Source: Eubacteriales bacterium
GTDB taxonomy: Bacteria > Bacillota > Clostridia > Christensenellales > UBA1750
Assembly: GCA_031548365.1 (NCBI GenBank)
Contig: JAVBRD010000022.1
Coordinates: 20,250-84,249, forward strand
Direction: 5' to 3'
Length of the DNA: 64,000 nucleotides
The notes beneath the pieces were generated by a model, which saw only the letters and a list, made by a program, of their open reading frames with translations, searched no databases and was not told the origin of the DNA. Within the stretch, counting starts at the first letter, position 1. The number at the start of each line of letters is the position of its first letter. Shown here one piece after another: positions 7,832 to 17,288 of the stretch. The translations under genes were made by a program, and so were the position numbers.

Positions 7832-9173
7832 CTCGGCTCAACACCTCCGTCAGCGTTCCGGTGTGGAAGCGCCCGGTCGCAAACTCTTTTAGCTCCAGCA
7901 AGCCCAGCTGGAAATCAACGTTGGTGGTGACGCCTTCAATAACGATCTCGGAAAGCGCACCCTTCATTTTGGCTACGGCTTGCGCTCGGTCGGGCGCGTG
8001 CGCGATGACTTTCATGATCATGCTGTCGTAATGCGGGGAGATGACCGCGCCGTTGTAGAGCATGGAATCGACGCGCACGTTCGGGCCGCCCGGCTGGTGG
8101 ATAAGGGTGGTTGTCCCGCAGGATGGCATGAACTGTTTTTCGGGATCCTCCGCGTTGATTCGGCATTCGACCGCGTGCCCGTTGATGCGCAAATCGGCCT
8201 GAGCGAACGGCAGCTTTACGCCTGCGGCCACCAGGATTTGCGTTTTAACGAGGTCAACACCCGTGACCATTTCCGTAACGGGGTGCTCGACCTGAAGCCG
8301 CGCGTTCATCTCCATGAAAAAAAACTCAAGGTCGTCCCCCACGAGGAACTCCACTGTGCCTGCGCCTACGTACCCGCATGCCTTGGCGGCCTTGATAGCG
8401 GCTTCACCCATATTCGCGCGCGCTTCAGACGTGAGCAGGGAAGAGGGGCTCTCTTCGATCAGCTTTTGGCGGCGGCGCTGGAGGGAACAATCCCGCTCAA
8501 AAAGGTGGACGGCATTGCCGTGGGCGTCGCACATGATCTGAATTTCGATGTGGTGCGCGTTTTGGATCAGGCGCTCGATGTACACGCCGTCATTCCCAAA
8601 GCATGCAGCTGCCTCCGCGCGCGCGGCGGAGATGGCGTCCTCAAGCTGGCCGGGTTCGTCCACGCGACGAATGCCGCGCCCGCCGCCCCCCGCCGCAGCT
8701 TTGACGAGAAGCGGGTATCCGGCGACTTCGGCGTCGCGCCTGGCGTCGTCCATGTCCCGGATGAGGCTCTGCGATCCGGGAATGACAGGTACACCGCTCG
8801 CGATCATGGTCAGACGCGCTTGCAGTTTATCGCCCATGGATTCCATCGCCTCAGGCGGCGGGCCGATGAACGCGATGTGGCACTCCTTGCACATGCGTGC
8901 GAACTTGTGGTTTTCCGAGAGCAGGCCGTAACCGGGGTGAATCGCCTGAGCGCCTGTCAGAACGGTGGCCGAGAGGATCGCGGGCATGCTCAGGTAGCTC
9001 TCGCGCGCGGGCGCGGGACCGATGCAAACAGCCTCGTCCGCAAGCTGCGTGTGAAGCGCTTCGCGGTCGGCGACGGAATAAACGGCAACGGTTTGAATGC
9101 CCATCTCGCGGCACGCGCGAATGACGCGGACGGCGATCTCGCCGCGGTTGGCGATCAGGATTTTGCTGAACAA
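7815..9173 (-). CDS. accC: Biotin carboxylase
   Basis: KILIANRGEIA, HPGYG, GGGGRG, EMNARLQVEH; TTG start after GGAGG. Confidence 0.95.
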   Translation of the reverse strand: MFSKILIANRGEIAVRVIRACREMGIQTVAVYSVADREALHTQLADEAVCIGPAPARESYLSMPAILSATVLTGAQAIHPGYGLLSENHKFARMCKECHIAFIGPPPEAMESMGDKLQARLTMIASGVPVIPGSQSLIRDMDDARRDAEVAGYPLLVKAAAGGGGRGIRRVDEPGQLEDAISAARAEAAACFGNDGVYIERLIQNAHHIEIQIMCDAHGNAVHLFERDCSLQRRRQKLIEESPSSLLTSEARANMGEAAIKAAKACGYVGAGTVEFLVGDDLEFFFMEMNARLQVEHPVTEMVTGVDLVKTQILVAAGVKLPFAQADLRINGHAVECRINAEDPEKQFMPSCGTTTLIHQPGGPNVRVDSMLYNGAVISPHYDSMIMKVIAHAPDRAQAVAKMKGALSEIVIEGVTTNVDFQLGLLELKEFATGRFHTGTLTEVLSRDATVS

Positions 9174-9189
9174 AGCGAGCGCCTCCGAT

Positions 9190-9615
9190 CTATGTTTTTG
9201 CGAAAACAAACAAAAGGTCCGCCTCGCACGTCACCTCATCGCCCACGTAGGCGACGCCGTGTCCCATACCTGCGCTGCGCGAGAGCTTGGTCAGCTCCGT
9301 TTCGAGCCGAAGCGTCTCGCCGGGCCGAACGCCCCTGCGAAATTTTACATTGTTGGCGCTCCCGAACAGCGCGAGTTTGCCCGCGTATTCCGGCAAAGAG
9401 AGTACGGCCACAGCGCCTGTTTGTGCAAGAGACTCAAGCTGAAGCACGCCGGGAAGCACGGGATTGCCCGGGAAATGCCCGCGGAAAAAGTCCATTTCGT
9501 GCGTGAGATGCCAAAACCCCGTCGCGCGCTTTCCCGGCGCTAGCGATACGATCTCGCTGAGCAGGAGGAAAGGCTCGCGGTGGGGGAGAATGGCTTTTAT
9601 TTCTTCAATGTTCAT
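9190..9615 (-). CDS. fabZ: 3-hydroxyacyl-ACP dehydratase
   Basis: LPHREPFLL, FFRGHFPG, PGVLQLE. Confidence 0.95.
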   Translation of the reverse strand: MNIEEIKAILPHREPFLLLSEIVSLAPGKRATGFWHLTHEMDFFRGHFPGNPVLPGVLQLESLAQTGAVAVLSLPEYAGKLALFGSANNVKFRRGVRPGETLRLETELTKLSRSAGMGHGVAYVGDEVTCEADLLFVFAKT

Positions 9616-9629
9616 GCGACACCTCGCCG

Positions 9630-10097
9630 TCAGCGGTATTGAAATATCAGCTGCCCGAACTCAACCATCTGGCCTTCCTTCGCCGCGATCCACACGATTT
9701 CGCCGTCGGAGTCGGCGACGATTTCGTTCATGAGCTTCATCGCCTCAACGATGCAAACAGGCTGGCCCTTTTTCACGCGGGAGCCGATCTTGATGGCCTT
9801 GTCTCCCGGCAGCTCGTGGAACGTGCCCACCATGGGGGACGTGATCTCGTGAATGTCAGCGCCGGTGAGCGGTTGGTCCTCTTTGACCGCGGGAATCGGA
9901 GCGGCTTGAGGAGCGGGCGCGGGAGGCGGCGCAGGAGCAAAAGCGGGCAAAACTGTGGGACGCGCTTCGACAGACGCGGGCGCGCTTCCGCCGCTTTTCT
10001 TAAGACACACGCGCAGGCCATCTTGCTCAACTTCAAGCTCCAAGAGTTGGGAGGATTCCATCATGTGTATCAACGACTGAACGGTATTCAAATCCAT
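9630..10097 (-). CDS. accB: Biotin carboxyl carrier protein
   Basis: SPMVGTF, EAMKLMN biotinylation motif, Pro/Ala linker. Confidence 0.95.
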   Translation of the reverse strand: MDLNTVQSLIHMMESSQLLELEVEQDGLRVCLKKSGGSAPASVEARPTVLPAFAPAPPPAPAPQAAPIPAVKEDQPLTGADIHEITSPMVGTFHELPGDKAIKIGSRVKKGQPVCIVEAMKLMNEIVADSDGEIVWIAAKEGQMVEFGQLIFQYR

Positions 10098-10111
10098 ATG
10101 TTTTCGCTCCT

Positions 10112-11341
10112 TTATAGCCGTGAGAGCGCAAGCGTTGCGTTGTGGCCTCCGAAACCGAACGAGTTGGAGAGCGCGTGATCGACGCGCGCCTCCAAGGCTT
10201 CACGCGCGACGATGTTGAGGTTGCATTCGGGATCGGGTACGGCGTACCCAGCAGTCGCAGGGATGAAGCTTTCCGTGATGGCGAGCGCGCATGCGATGGC
10301 CTCAACCGCGCCTGTCGCGCCCAGCAGATGCCCGGTCATCGACTTGGTGGAGGATACAGGGATGCGCTCTGCGTCTTCGCCAAACGCGAGCTTGATCGCC
10401 GTCGTTTCCATCTTATCATTTTGCGCGGTGGACGTGCCGTGTGCATTGATGTAGCCCACATCCGCTGCATGGATGCCTGCTTCTTCCATGGCGAGCGTCA
10501 TCGCGCGGGCGGGCTGGGTCGCGGCGGGGTCAGGCGCGGTGACATGGTAGGCGTCCCCTGTCGCGCCGTAGCCCGTGATCTCGCAGTAGATATGCGCGCC
10601 GCGCGACCTTGCCGTCTCGTACTCTTCGAGGACGACGATGCCTGCGCCCTCGCCCATGACGAAGCCGTCTCGCTCTTTGTCAAAAGGAATGGACGCGCGC
10701 GTGATGTCGGTTCTGCGCGTCAGCGCCGTGATGTTGATGAAGCCGGAAAGCCCGAGCGGGGTAATCGCCGCCTCCGCGCCGCCCGCAAGCATTAAGTCGG
10801 CGTAACCGTGTTTAATGAGGCGGAAGGCGTCGCCGATGGCGTGTGTGCTGGTCGCACACGCTGTGACGACGGAGCTGTTGAACCCGTGGAGTTTGTAGCG
10901 CATGCTCACCTGTCCTGAGATCATGTTGGAGATGATCATGGGGATAAACACGGGGGAGACGCGTCCCGGGCCGTTTTGCATCAATTTGGTGTGCTCTGTT
11001 TCAATGGTTTGAAAACCGCCGATGCCCGAGCCGATCACGACTCCGGCGCGGTCGCGGTTTGTTTTTTCAAAGTCAATGCCGCTATCGCGCACAGCCATCT
11101 CTGCGGCCGCGCAGCCAAAGAGGCAGAAACGATCCATTCTGCGTGATTCGCTCGTAGGAACGTAATCATCGAAGTTTTTTTCCTTCACTTCGGCGGCTAT
11201 GCCGACCTTAAACGATGACGCGTCAAAGAGCGTGATGGGCGCGATGCCCACGCTGGTGGACTTCAGAGCCTCGGAGAACGCCGCTTTGCCACAGCCGATG
11301 GGGGTGACGCATCCGATGCCTGTGATGACGACTCGACGCAT
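10112..11341 (-). CDS. fabF: 3-oxoacyl-ACP synthase II
   Basis: TACAT, NAHGTST, TGHLLG catalytic C/H/H; NSFGFGG. Confidence 0.95.
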   Translation of the reverse strand: MRRVVITGIGCVTPIGCGKAAFSEALKSTSVGIAPITLFDASSFKVGIAAEVKEKNFDDYVPTSESRRMDRFCLFGCAAAEMAVRDSGIDFEKTNRDRAGVVIGSGIGGFQTIETEHTKLMQNGPGRVSPVFIPMIISNMISGQVSMRYKLHGFNSSVVTACATSTHAIGDAFRLIKHGYADLMLAGGAEAAITPLGLSGFINITALTRRTDITRASIPFDKERDGFVMGEGAGIVVLEEYETARSRGAHIYCEITGYGATGDAYHVTAPDPAATQPARAMTLAMEEAGIHAADVGYINAHGTSTAQNDKMETTAIKLAFGEDAERIPVSSTKSMTGHLLGATGAVEAIACALAITESFIPATAGYAVPDPECNLNIVAREALEARVDHALSNSFGFGGHNATLALSRL

Positions 11342-11371
11342 GGGGTTCCCTCCGTTCGTGAGACAGTGATG

Positions 11372-12118
11372 TTAGGGCATGCAAAGCCCGCCGTCGACGA
11401 CCAGCGTTTGCCCCGTGATGTACGCAGCGGCATCGCTGATAAGAAAGGCGACAGCGGCGGCGATCTCATGAGGCTCGGCCATGCGTTTGAGCGGAACGCG
11501 CGCGAGCATGGCTTCAACGGCCGCTTCTGGCATGGTGGCGGTCATGTCGCTTTTGACAAGGCCGGGCGCGAGCGCGTTGACCGTGATGCCGCGCGGAGCG
11601 AGCTCAAGCGCGGCGGATTTCGTCATGCCGATCATGCCCGCTTTTGCGGCCGAATAATTCGTCTGTCCGGCGTTGCCTGTTACGCCCGCGACACTCGCGA
11701 TGTTGACAATGCGCCCCTGACGCGCTTTGAGCATTACGGGGGACACGTGACGCATGCAGTTCCACGCGCCTTTGAGGTTGGTGTCGATCACGGCGTCAAA
11801 CTCTTCTTCCTTCATGCGCAGAAGGAGCGCGTCGCGGGTCACGCCCGCGTTGTTGACGAGTGCGTATACGCCGCCGAACGCTTGACACGAAGTCTGGATC
11901 AGGTGGCCTGCTTCGGTATAATCGGATACATCGGCAGGCACGGCGAGCGCTTCCCCGCCTGACGCGGTGATCTCGCTGACGACAGACTCGGCCGCATCGC
12001 GCCCGCCGCGATAATTCACCACAACGGCGTAACCCTGCGCGCTGAGAGCAAGCGCGATAGCGCGGCCAATGCCGCGTGATGAACCGGTGACAACTGCGCA
12101 TCGCTTGTGTTCCTGCAT
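11372..12118 (-). CDS. fabG: 3-oxoacyl-ACP reductase
   Basis: TGSSRGIG, NNAG, GQTNYSAAK. Confidence 0.93.
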   Translation of the reverse strand: MQEHKRCAVVTGSSRGIGRAIALALSAQGYAVVVNYRGGRDAAESVVSEITASGGEALAVPADVSDYTEAGHLIQTSCQAFGGVYALVNNAGVTRDALLLRMKEEEFDAVIDTNLKGAWNCMRHVSPVMLKARQGRIVNIASVAGVTGNAGQTNYSAAKAGMIGMTKSAALELAPRGITVNALAPGLVKSDMTATMPEAAVEAMLARVPLKRMAEPHEIAAAVAFLISDAAAYITGQTLVVDGGLCMP

Positions 12119-12137
12119 AAAGTGGCTCCTTCGCTTA

Positions 12138-13055
12138 TCACAGCAGCGCGCGGGCCGCCGTTTCTAGGCTTGCCGGATCTTCCACGGCAAATGCGGGGAT
12201 GTCGGGCACAATGCGTTTGATTAGCCCGCACAGTACACTGCCAGGCCCAATCTCAACAAAAGCGTCGACCTCGGACAGGGCCATGGCACGGACCGTTTTC
12301 TCGAAAAGAACGGGGGAGGCGGTTTGAGACGCGATGATCGAAGCCAGGGGTTGGGACGCGTACGCAGCTCCCGCCACGTTGGGATACCAGGGAAGCTTTG
12401 GCGTCCCCAGATTTTCACCGGACAGATAGGTCTCGAGTTTTTGCACGGCGGGTTTCATCGCGCGGCTGTGAAACGCGCCTGATACGCGGAGTGGAATACA
12501 CTTGGCGCCGTTGTCGGCCGCGATGGATTTTACGCAGGAAAGCCCCGCGGTGTCGCCCGCAACCACGATTTGCCCGGGCGCGTTGTGGTTGACTGCCTCG
12601 GCCCACCCGTCTGTGACGCCCGCGCACCACTCGGACACTTTGGCGCTGTCCGCGCCTAGCACGGCGGCCATGCTCCCCGGGGTAGAGAGCGCGCAGTCGG
12701 CCATCCACTTCCCGCGTTTGACCGCATAGCGTACGGCGGTGTCTTCAGTGAACACGCCGCAGGCCGTAAGCGCTGCGATCTCGCCCAGTGAAAAGCCCGC
12801 GACAGCGCACGGCGTAAAGCCGACGTGAAGAGCGGCGGCGAGCAGTGCGAGCTCGGTCGTGACAAGGCAAGGCTGTGTGTTGGCAGTTTGGTTGAGTTCC
12901 TCCGAAGGGCCTTCAAAGCACAGCGCGGTCAGCCCTGAGTAATGCATTTCCGCGCGCGCGAAAACATCGCGCGCGGGCGCGAACGCCTGGGCAATGGCCA
13001 TGCCCATACCCGGCTTTTGCGCGCCCTGACCGCTGAAGAGGAACGCCGTTTTCAC
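12138..13055 (-). CDS. fabD: Malonyl-CoA:ACP transacylase
   Basis: FSGQGAQ, GFSLGE, SGAFHS. Confidence 0.93.
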   Translation of the reverse strand: MKTAFLFSGQGAQKPGMGMAIAQAFAPARDVFARAEMHYSGLTALCFEGPSEELNQTANTQPCLVTTELALLAAALHVGFTPCAVAGFSLGEIAALTACGVFTEDTAVRYAVKRGKWMADCALSTPGSMAAVLGADSAKVSEWCAGVTDGWAEAVNHNAPGQIVVAGDTAGLSCVKSIAADNGAKCIPLRVSGAFHSRAMKPAVQKLETYLSGENLGTPKLPWYPNVAGAAYASQPLASIIASQTASPVLFEKTVRAMALSEVDAFVEIGPGSVLCGLIKRIVPDIPAFAVEDPASLETAARALL

Positions 13056-13276
13056 GGCTTGCGCTGCGCGACCGCGTCCGTGAGCTCCTGCACGGTCTTG
13101 ATGCTCTCGATACCTTCGAGCGAAATGCTTAACTCGTCCTCAAGCGTCATCACGATCTCGACCATATCGAGCGAGTCAATCTTGAGCGTCTCAAGTGTAG
13201 AAGCGGGCGTGATGGCTGCGGGGTCGATTTTCATTTGCTCGGCGATGGCCTTCTGGATGGTCTCAAATGCGTTCAT
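13052..13276 (-). CDS. acpP: Acyl carrier protein
   Basis: 74 aa, acidic, DSLD phosphopantetheine site. Confidence 0.92.
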   Translation of the reverse strand: MNAFETIQKAIAEQMKIDPAAITPASTLETLKIDSLDMVEIVMTLEDELSISLEGIESIKTVQELTDAVAQRKP

Positions 13277-13314
13277 GTGGATCAACCTTTCCTGACTACA
13301 TTTTAGCTCGCGTT

Positions 13315-14250
13315 CTACCAGCGCAGCAGCGCGGCTCCTGAGGACAGACCGCCTCCGAATGCCGTCAGCGCTACGATGTCGCCTCTTTTCAGTCGTCCTG
13401 AGCGCCACAGTTCCCACAGCGCGATGGGAACACTGGCGGCGGACGTGTTGCCGTACCTGTCGATGTTGATGAATACCTTCTCCATAGGGAAGCCCAAACG
13501 CGCCACGGCTTTTTCAATGATGCGCAGGTTGGCCTGGTGCGGCACCAGCCAGTCGACGTCCGCGAGCGTCAACTTGGCCTGCTCCAGTACGCGCTGTACA
13601 CCTTCGCCCAGCGCTCGCGTCGCAAACTTATACACACCTTGCCCATCCATGCGGATGTACGCAGGTCCTTCCGGTGTTTTGCGCGTCATGTTGAGAGCGT
13701 GCGCCTCGTCGGGATATGTCTTGATCTCAATCGCGAGCAGCCCGCTTTCCGGGCGTTCCCCGATCACCGCCGCCGCCGCGCCGTCGCCGAAGAGCACGCA
13801 CGTCGTCCTGTCGGTATAGTCGGTCACATTGGAAAGCTTTTCCGCACCCAGAACAAGGATGGGTTTGCCCTCAAAAAATTTTACCGCGGTGTACAATGCG
13901 AACAAGAAGCCTGAACATGCGGCATTGACGTCCATGGCGGGACACGTCGCGCCCAGTTCAGCTTGAAGCGCGCACGAGATTGAGGGCAGGGGTGTATCGG
14001 CGGAGACTGTCGCGCAGAGGATAAAGCCGAGGTCTTGGGGAGCGACGCCTGATTCTGCGAGCGCTTCGCGAGACGCGGCAAGCGCGGAAACCAGCAGGGG
14101 TTCGCCGTTGCAGAGCCGTCTTTCACGAATCCCGGTGCGCTGGGTGATCCATTCATCGCTGGTTTCCACTATCTTTGCCATGTCGTCGTTTGAAACGCGT
14201 GTATCGGGCACGCGTCCGCCCATGCCGAGAACAGAGATGATGGCCGGCAC
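13315..14250 (-). CDS. fabH: 3-oxoacyl-ACP synthase III
   Basis: AACSG, PHQAN, GNTSAAS. Confidence 0.95.
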   Translation of the reverse strand: MPAIISVLGMGGRVPDTRVSNDDMAKIVETSDEWITQRTGIRERRLCNGEPLLVSALAASREALAESGVAPQDLGFILCATVSADTPLPSISCALQAELGATCPAMDVNAACSGFLFALYTAVKFFEGKPILVLGAEKLSNVTDYTDRTTCVLFGDGAAAAVIGERPESGLLAIEIKTYPDEAHALNMTRKTPEGPAYIRMDGQGVYKFATRALGEGVQRVLEQAKLTLADVDWLVPHQANLRIIEKAVARLGFPMEKVFINIDRYGNTSAASVPIALWELWRSGRLKRGDIVALTAFGGGLSSGAALLRW

Positions 14251-14271
14251 CCCCCTTGCTTAATTTGAGTG

Positions 14272-14712
14272 TTATGTGTTTTTGCTGAAAAAGGCCTTGA
14301 GGTTGGTCAGCGCGTGAGCGAGCGCTTCGTGCTCCCCCGGTGACATGCCGCTGAGGGCTTCGTCCATCATCCGCAGGTGAAACAGGCGGTGCATGCGGTT
14401 GACCATCTCGCCCTTGCGTTCGAGTGAAACCAGCACTTTCCGGCGGTCGGCCTCATCGCGTACACGCACGACGTAGCCTTTTTTTGTCAGACGGTCGATG
14501 GCAGGGGTGAGCGTGGCCATTGTCACGCATACGCGCGTGGCGAGCTCGCCCATCGTGCATTTTTTCAGTGCGCCGATCGCGTCGATGATGTGGACGTCCG
14601 TGATGGTGATGTCGGCCAGGCGAGTATCCGCCAGCGCGCTTTCCTCGGTTTTGAGCACGAGGTTGAACGTGTCGACCAACAGGTCGTTGATAAGCCATAG
14701 TGAGGGATGCAT
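14272..14712 (-). CDS. fabT: MarR-family fatty-acid synthesis repressor (FabT-like)
   Basis: MarR wHTH (DRRKV) heading the fab operon; LVDTFN..L..EE N-terminus resembles FabT. Confidence 0.75.
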   Translation of the reverse strand: MHPSLWLINDLLVDTFNLVLKTEESALADTRLADITITDVHIIDAIGALKKCTMGELATRVCVTMATLTPAIDRLTKKGYVVRVRDEADRRKVLVSLERKGEMVNRMHRLFHLRMMDEALSGMSPGEHEALAHALTNLKAFFSKNT

Positions 14713-14729
14713 CACCAACGCCCTTTCGC

Positions 14730-14786
14730 TTCGATCATCAAAATATTAGACAAACGAATTATAACAGCGCGGCTTCATTGCGTCAA
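14730..14786 (-). promoter_or_regulatory. fab operon promoter with FabT-like operator(s)
   Basis: Minus strand TTGACG-17 bp-TATAAT (14786-14758); TTTGATGATCGAA (14730-14742) resembles TTTGA-N3-TCAAA; a degenerate second site lies at 14746-14758. Confidence 0.65.
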
Positions 14787-14812
14787 GAAAAACCGTCCGC
14801 GCATAGCGGACG
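14787..14812 (-). terminator. Terminator of the URO-D gene
   Basis: CCGTCCGC/GCGGACGG stem, followed by TTTTTC on the minus strand. Confidence 0.6.
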
Positions 14813-14910
14813 GCGAGCGCAGCTTATGTATCTGCCCGAATAAGCGCCGAACAAGCGGGATGCAGCGATGCGGTGACACATCCCGTGCGATACGCCGTTG
14901 AGCACGTGAA

Positions 14911-15867
14911 TCAGCGCAGGCCATGGTAAGCGGAGCACTCCTCGAGCGTTGTACAGATGGCCTCGATGTTCTCTAACGGGACGTCGGCGGCGCACTCGGC
15001 GTGGAGCAAAAGGCCGCCTTCAGGCAGGTACATGCGGCGAGCGCACTCGATGATGTGCTCGCGTACCTGCGCGGGGGAGGCGAATGGAAAAAGCTGGCGG
15101 TCGAGATCAAGGTTGATGGCGACCTTGCCTTTGCATGTGCGCTCGAGTTGATCTAAACCGTTGGCGCGGATCTGCGGGTTAAGGCACTGAACACCGCAAG
15201 CGATCATGTCGGGGATGACCTCATAGATGCAGCCGTCGGTGTGCATGTAAACGATTTTTCCGGCGTCGCGCGCAATTTTGTAAATCGCGGCGTAACACGG
15301 CTTGATGTACTGACGCCACTTTGCGGGGCTAATGGGCAGCGCGTGCTGCATACCGTTGTCGTCGCCAAAGTACATGACCGTGCCCTCGTGTTTCAGGACC
15401 GCGAGGCGCACCTGTCGCAGGTTGTACTCAAGCACCTTGTCGATGAGGATTTGCAGCTCAGGCGGTTCCTCGGCGAAATCGATCATCATTTCCTCAAAAC
15501 CGCGCAGGTCGGTCAGCCGCAGAAACATGAAGCCGTGCGGCAGACCGATGTCCTTTTCGGGGATTCTCAGCGTATGGATATCCTCGCGCGTTTTGACTGG
15601 GTGTCCGGTAACGATCGCTTCATACCCTTCCGAGACGTTCTCCCACACGCACCCCCACGCGTCGACGTGCTTGCCCGCGTGGTATGTCGGAGGCGTAAAA
15701 TACTTCACTTCGTCCTCGGCGTTCACCGCGCCGAAGATTGCGGGATGTCTGGAGCGAAGCGCTTGCAGCTCACGGCCATAGAGCGCCCACGTCGCGGGGA
15801 GCAGGCTGACCGAAACGGGGATGCGCTCGGGGCGCTGATAGAGGATGGCCTTGACACGGTTGTCCAT
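14911..15867 (-). CDS. Uroporphyrinogen decarboxylase (URO-D/MtaA-CmuA) family protein
   Basis: DAWGCVW, LRGFEE, FGDD, MHTDG, VPLENI; SD AGGAGG; promoter TTGCAT-16 bp-TAAGAT at 15923-15896. Confidence 0.85.
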   Translation of the reverse strand: MDNRVKAILYQRPERIPVSVSLLPATWALYGRELQALRSRHPAIFGAVNAEDEVKYFTPPTYHAGKHVDAWGCVWENVSEGYEAIVTGHPVKTREDIHTLRIPEKDIGLPHGFMFLRLTDLRGFEEMMIDFAEEPPELQILIDKVLEYNLRQVRLAVLKHEGTVMYFGDDNGMQHALPISPAKWRQYIKPCYAAIYKIARDAGKIVYMHTDGCIYEVIPDMIACGVQCLNPQIRANGLDQLERTCKGKVAINLDLDRQLFPFASPAQVREHIIECARRMYLPEGGLLLHAECAADVPLENIEAICTTLEECSAYHGLR

Positions 15868-15985
15868 GATCCGCCTCCTGTGTTTGGATACGCTTATCTT
15901 AACACAAAGCGCGCGCGATGCAAGGTGAGCGGGGGGGGCACGACAAAGTTGTTGCGTTTTTGTTTTTGAGTGGTATAATGATTTA

Positions 15986-16236
15986 AAGGCTGCGAAGGAG
16001 AAGAGTAAGCCCGGGTGTCCGGACAGAGAGAGGGCGTCGCCGGCTGCAAGCGCCCTTGCGGATGATGGTCTGAAAGTTCGCTCTGAAGTCGCGTCGTTGA
16101 TGGCTTTTGTGGCTGTAGACGGCGACGGGGTTGCGTCCGTTATAATCGCAAGAGGCTGCGCCCATACGGGCAAGGCGAATTTGGGTGGTAACACGGTGCG
16201 TCCGTCCCTTTTTAGGGATGGGCTTTTATTTTTTTA
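15986..16236 (+). promoter_or_regulatory. T-box riboswitch (Phe)
   Basis: Specifier TTC at 16077-16079; T-box AATTTGGGTGGTAACACGG at 16178-16196; terminator hairpin with U tract; TGGTATAAT at 15971-15979. Confidence 0.9.
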
Positions 16237-16250
16237 AGGGGGATGACAGC

Positions 16251-17273
16251 TTGAAAGACATGATGGACAGCATTCGCGCGGAGGTGACCGCAGGGCTTGC
16301 CGCCGCGGCGACGTCAGCGGACGTGGAGGCGCTGCGCGTCAAAGCGCTCGGGCGCAAAGGCTCGATCACGGCGCTGCTGCGCGAGATGGGCAAGGTCTCA
16401 TCCGAGGAGAGACCGAAGCTAGGGCTGGTGATCAACGGTCTGCGCGATGAACTCGAGGCGGCCATCACCGCGAAGGAAACGGATCTGGCCCGCGCGGAGC
16501 GGGAAGAAGCGCTTAGGCGCGACGCGGTCGATGTCACGCAGCCCGCACCCGCGCTGCGCTTTGGCAGCCTGCACCCGCTTTCCCAGACGGCAGAACGCAT
16601 GCTCGACGTGTTCATTGCTATGGGTTTTGAGGTGGTCGAAGGGCCGGAAGTCGAGCTCGATCACTACAATTTTGAGTTGCTCAACATCCCCAAGAACCAT
16701 CCGGCGCGCGATATGCAGGACACGTTTTATATCAATGAAAATGTGGTACTCCGCACGCATACCTCCCCCATGCAGGCGCGCGTGATGGAAAAACAGAAAC
16801 CGCCTATCCGGATTGTGTGTCCGGGGCGTGTGTACAGAGCGGAACAGGTCGACGCAACGCACGGGTATGTGTTTCACCAGATGGAGTGCCTCGTGGTGGA
16901 CGAGGGCATCCACATGGGGCACCTGAAGGGGACGCTCGACGAGTTCGTGCGCGCCATGTACGGTGAGTACGCTACCACGCGCCTGCGACCCTCGTTTTTC
17001 CCGTTCACGGAACCTTCCGCCGAAGTGGACGTCACCTGCGCGGAATGCAAAGGCAAAGGCTGCCGCGTGTGCAAGGGCACGGGTTGGATCGAGATTCTCG
17101 GCTCGGGTATGGTCAATCCGCGCGTGCTTGAGCTGTGCGGCATTGATTCAACGAAATACTCGGGGTTTGCGTTCGGGGTTGGCATTGACCGCGTAGCCGA
17201 CCTTCGGCACAAGATTCCGGACATGCGCCTTTTGATGGAAAACGATCTGCGCTTTTTGTCGCAGTTCAGATAG
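16251..17273 (+). CDS. pheS: Phenylalanyl-tRNA synthetase alpha
   Basis: HPARDMQDTF, LRTHTSP, FPFTEPS, GFAFG. Confidence 0.97.
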   Translation: MKDMMDSIRAEVTAGLAAAATSADVEALRVKALGRKGSITALLREMGKVSSEERPKLGLVINGLRDELEAAITAKETDLARAEREEALRRDAVDVTQPAPALRFGSLHPLSQTAERMLDVFIAMGFEVVEGPEVELDHYNFELLNIPKNHPARDMQDTFYINENVVLRTHTSPMQARVMEKQKPPIRIVCPGRVYRAEQVDATHGYVFHQMECLVVDEGIHMGHLKGTLDEFVRAMYGEYATTRLRPSFFPFTEPSAEVDVTCAECKGKGCRVCKGTGWIEILGSGMVNPRVLELCGIDSTKYSGFAFGVGIDRVADLRHKIPDMRLLMENDLRFLSQFR

Positions 17274-17288
17274 AGGAGAGAAGTTGTT

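Noticed and set aside
7980-9506. Long antisense ORFs (also 20808-22262, 25387-26319, 34843-35757 and others)
   Set aside because: These are shadows of conserved genes caused by high GC and codon bias; they show no recognisable motifs.
15868-16250. N-terminal extensions of the URO-D (16194) and pheS (16185) ORFs
   Set aside because: They run through the divergent promoters and the T-box; SD-supported starts are at 15867 and 16251.
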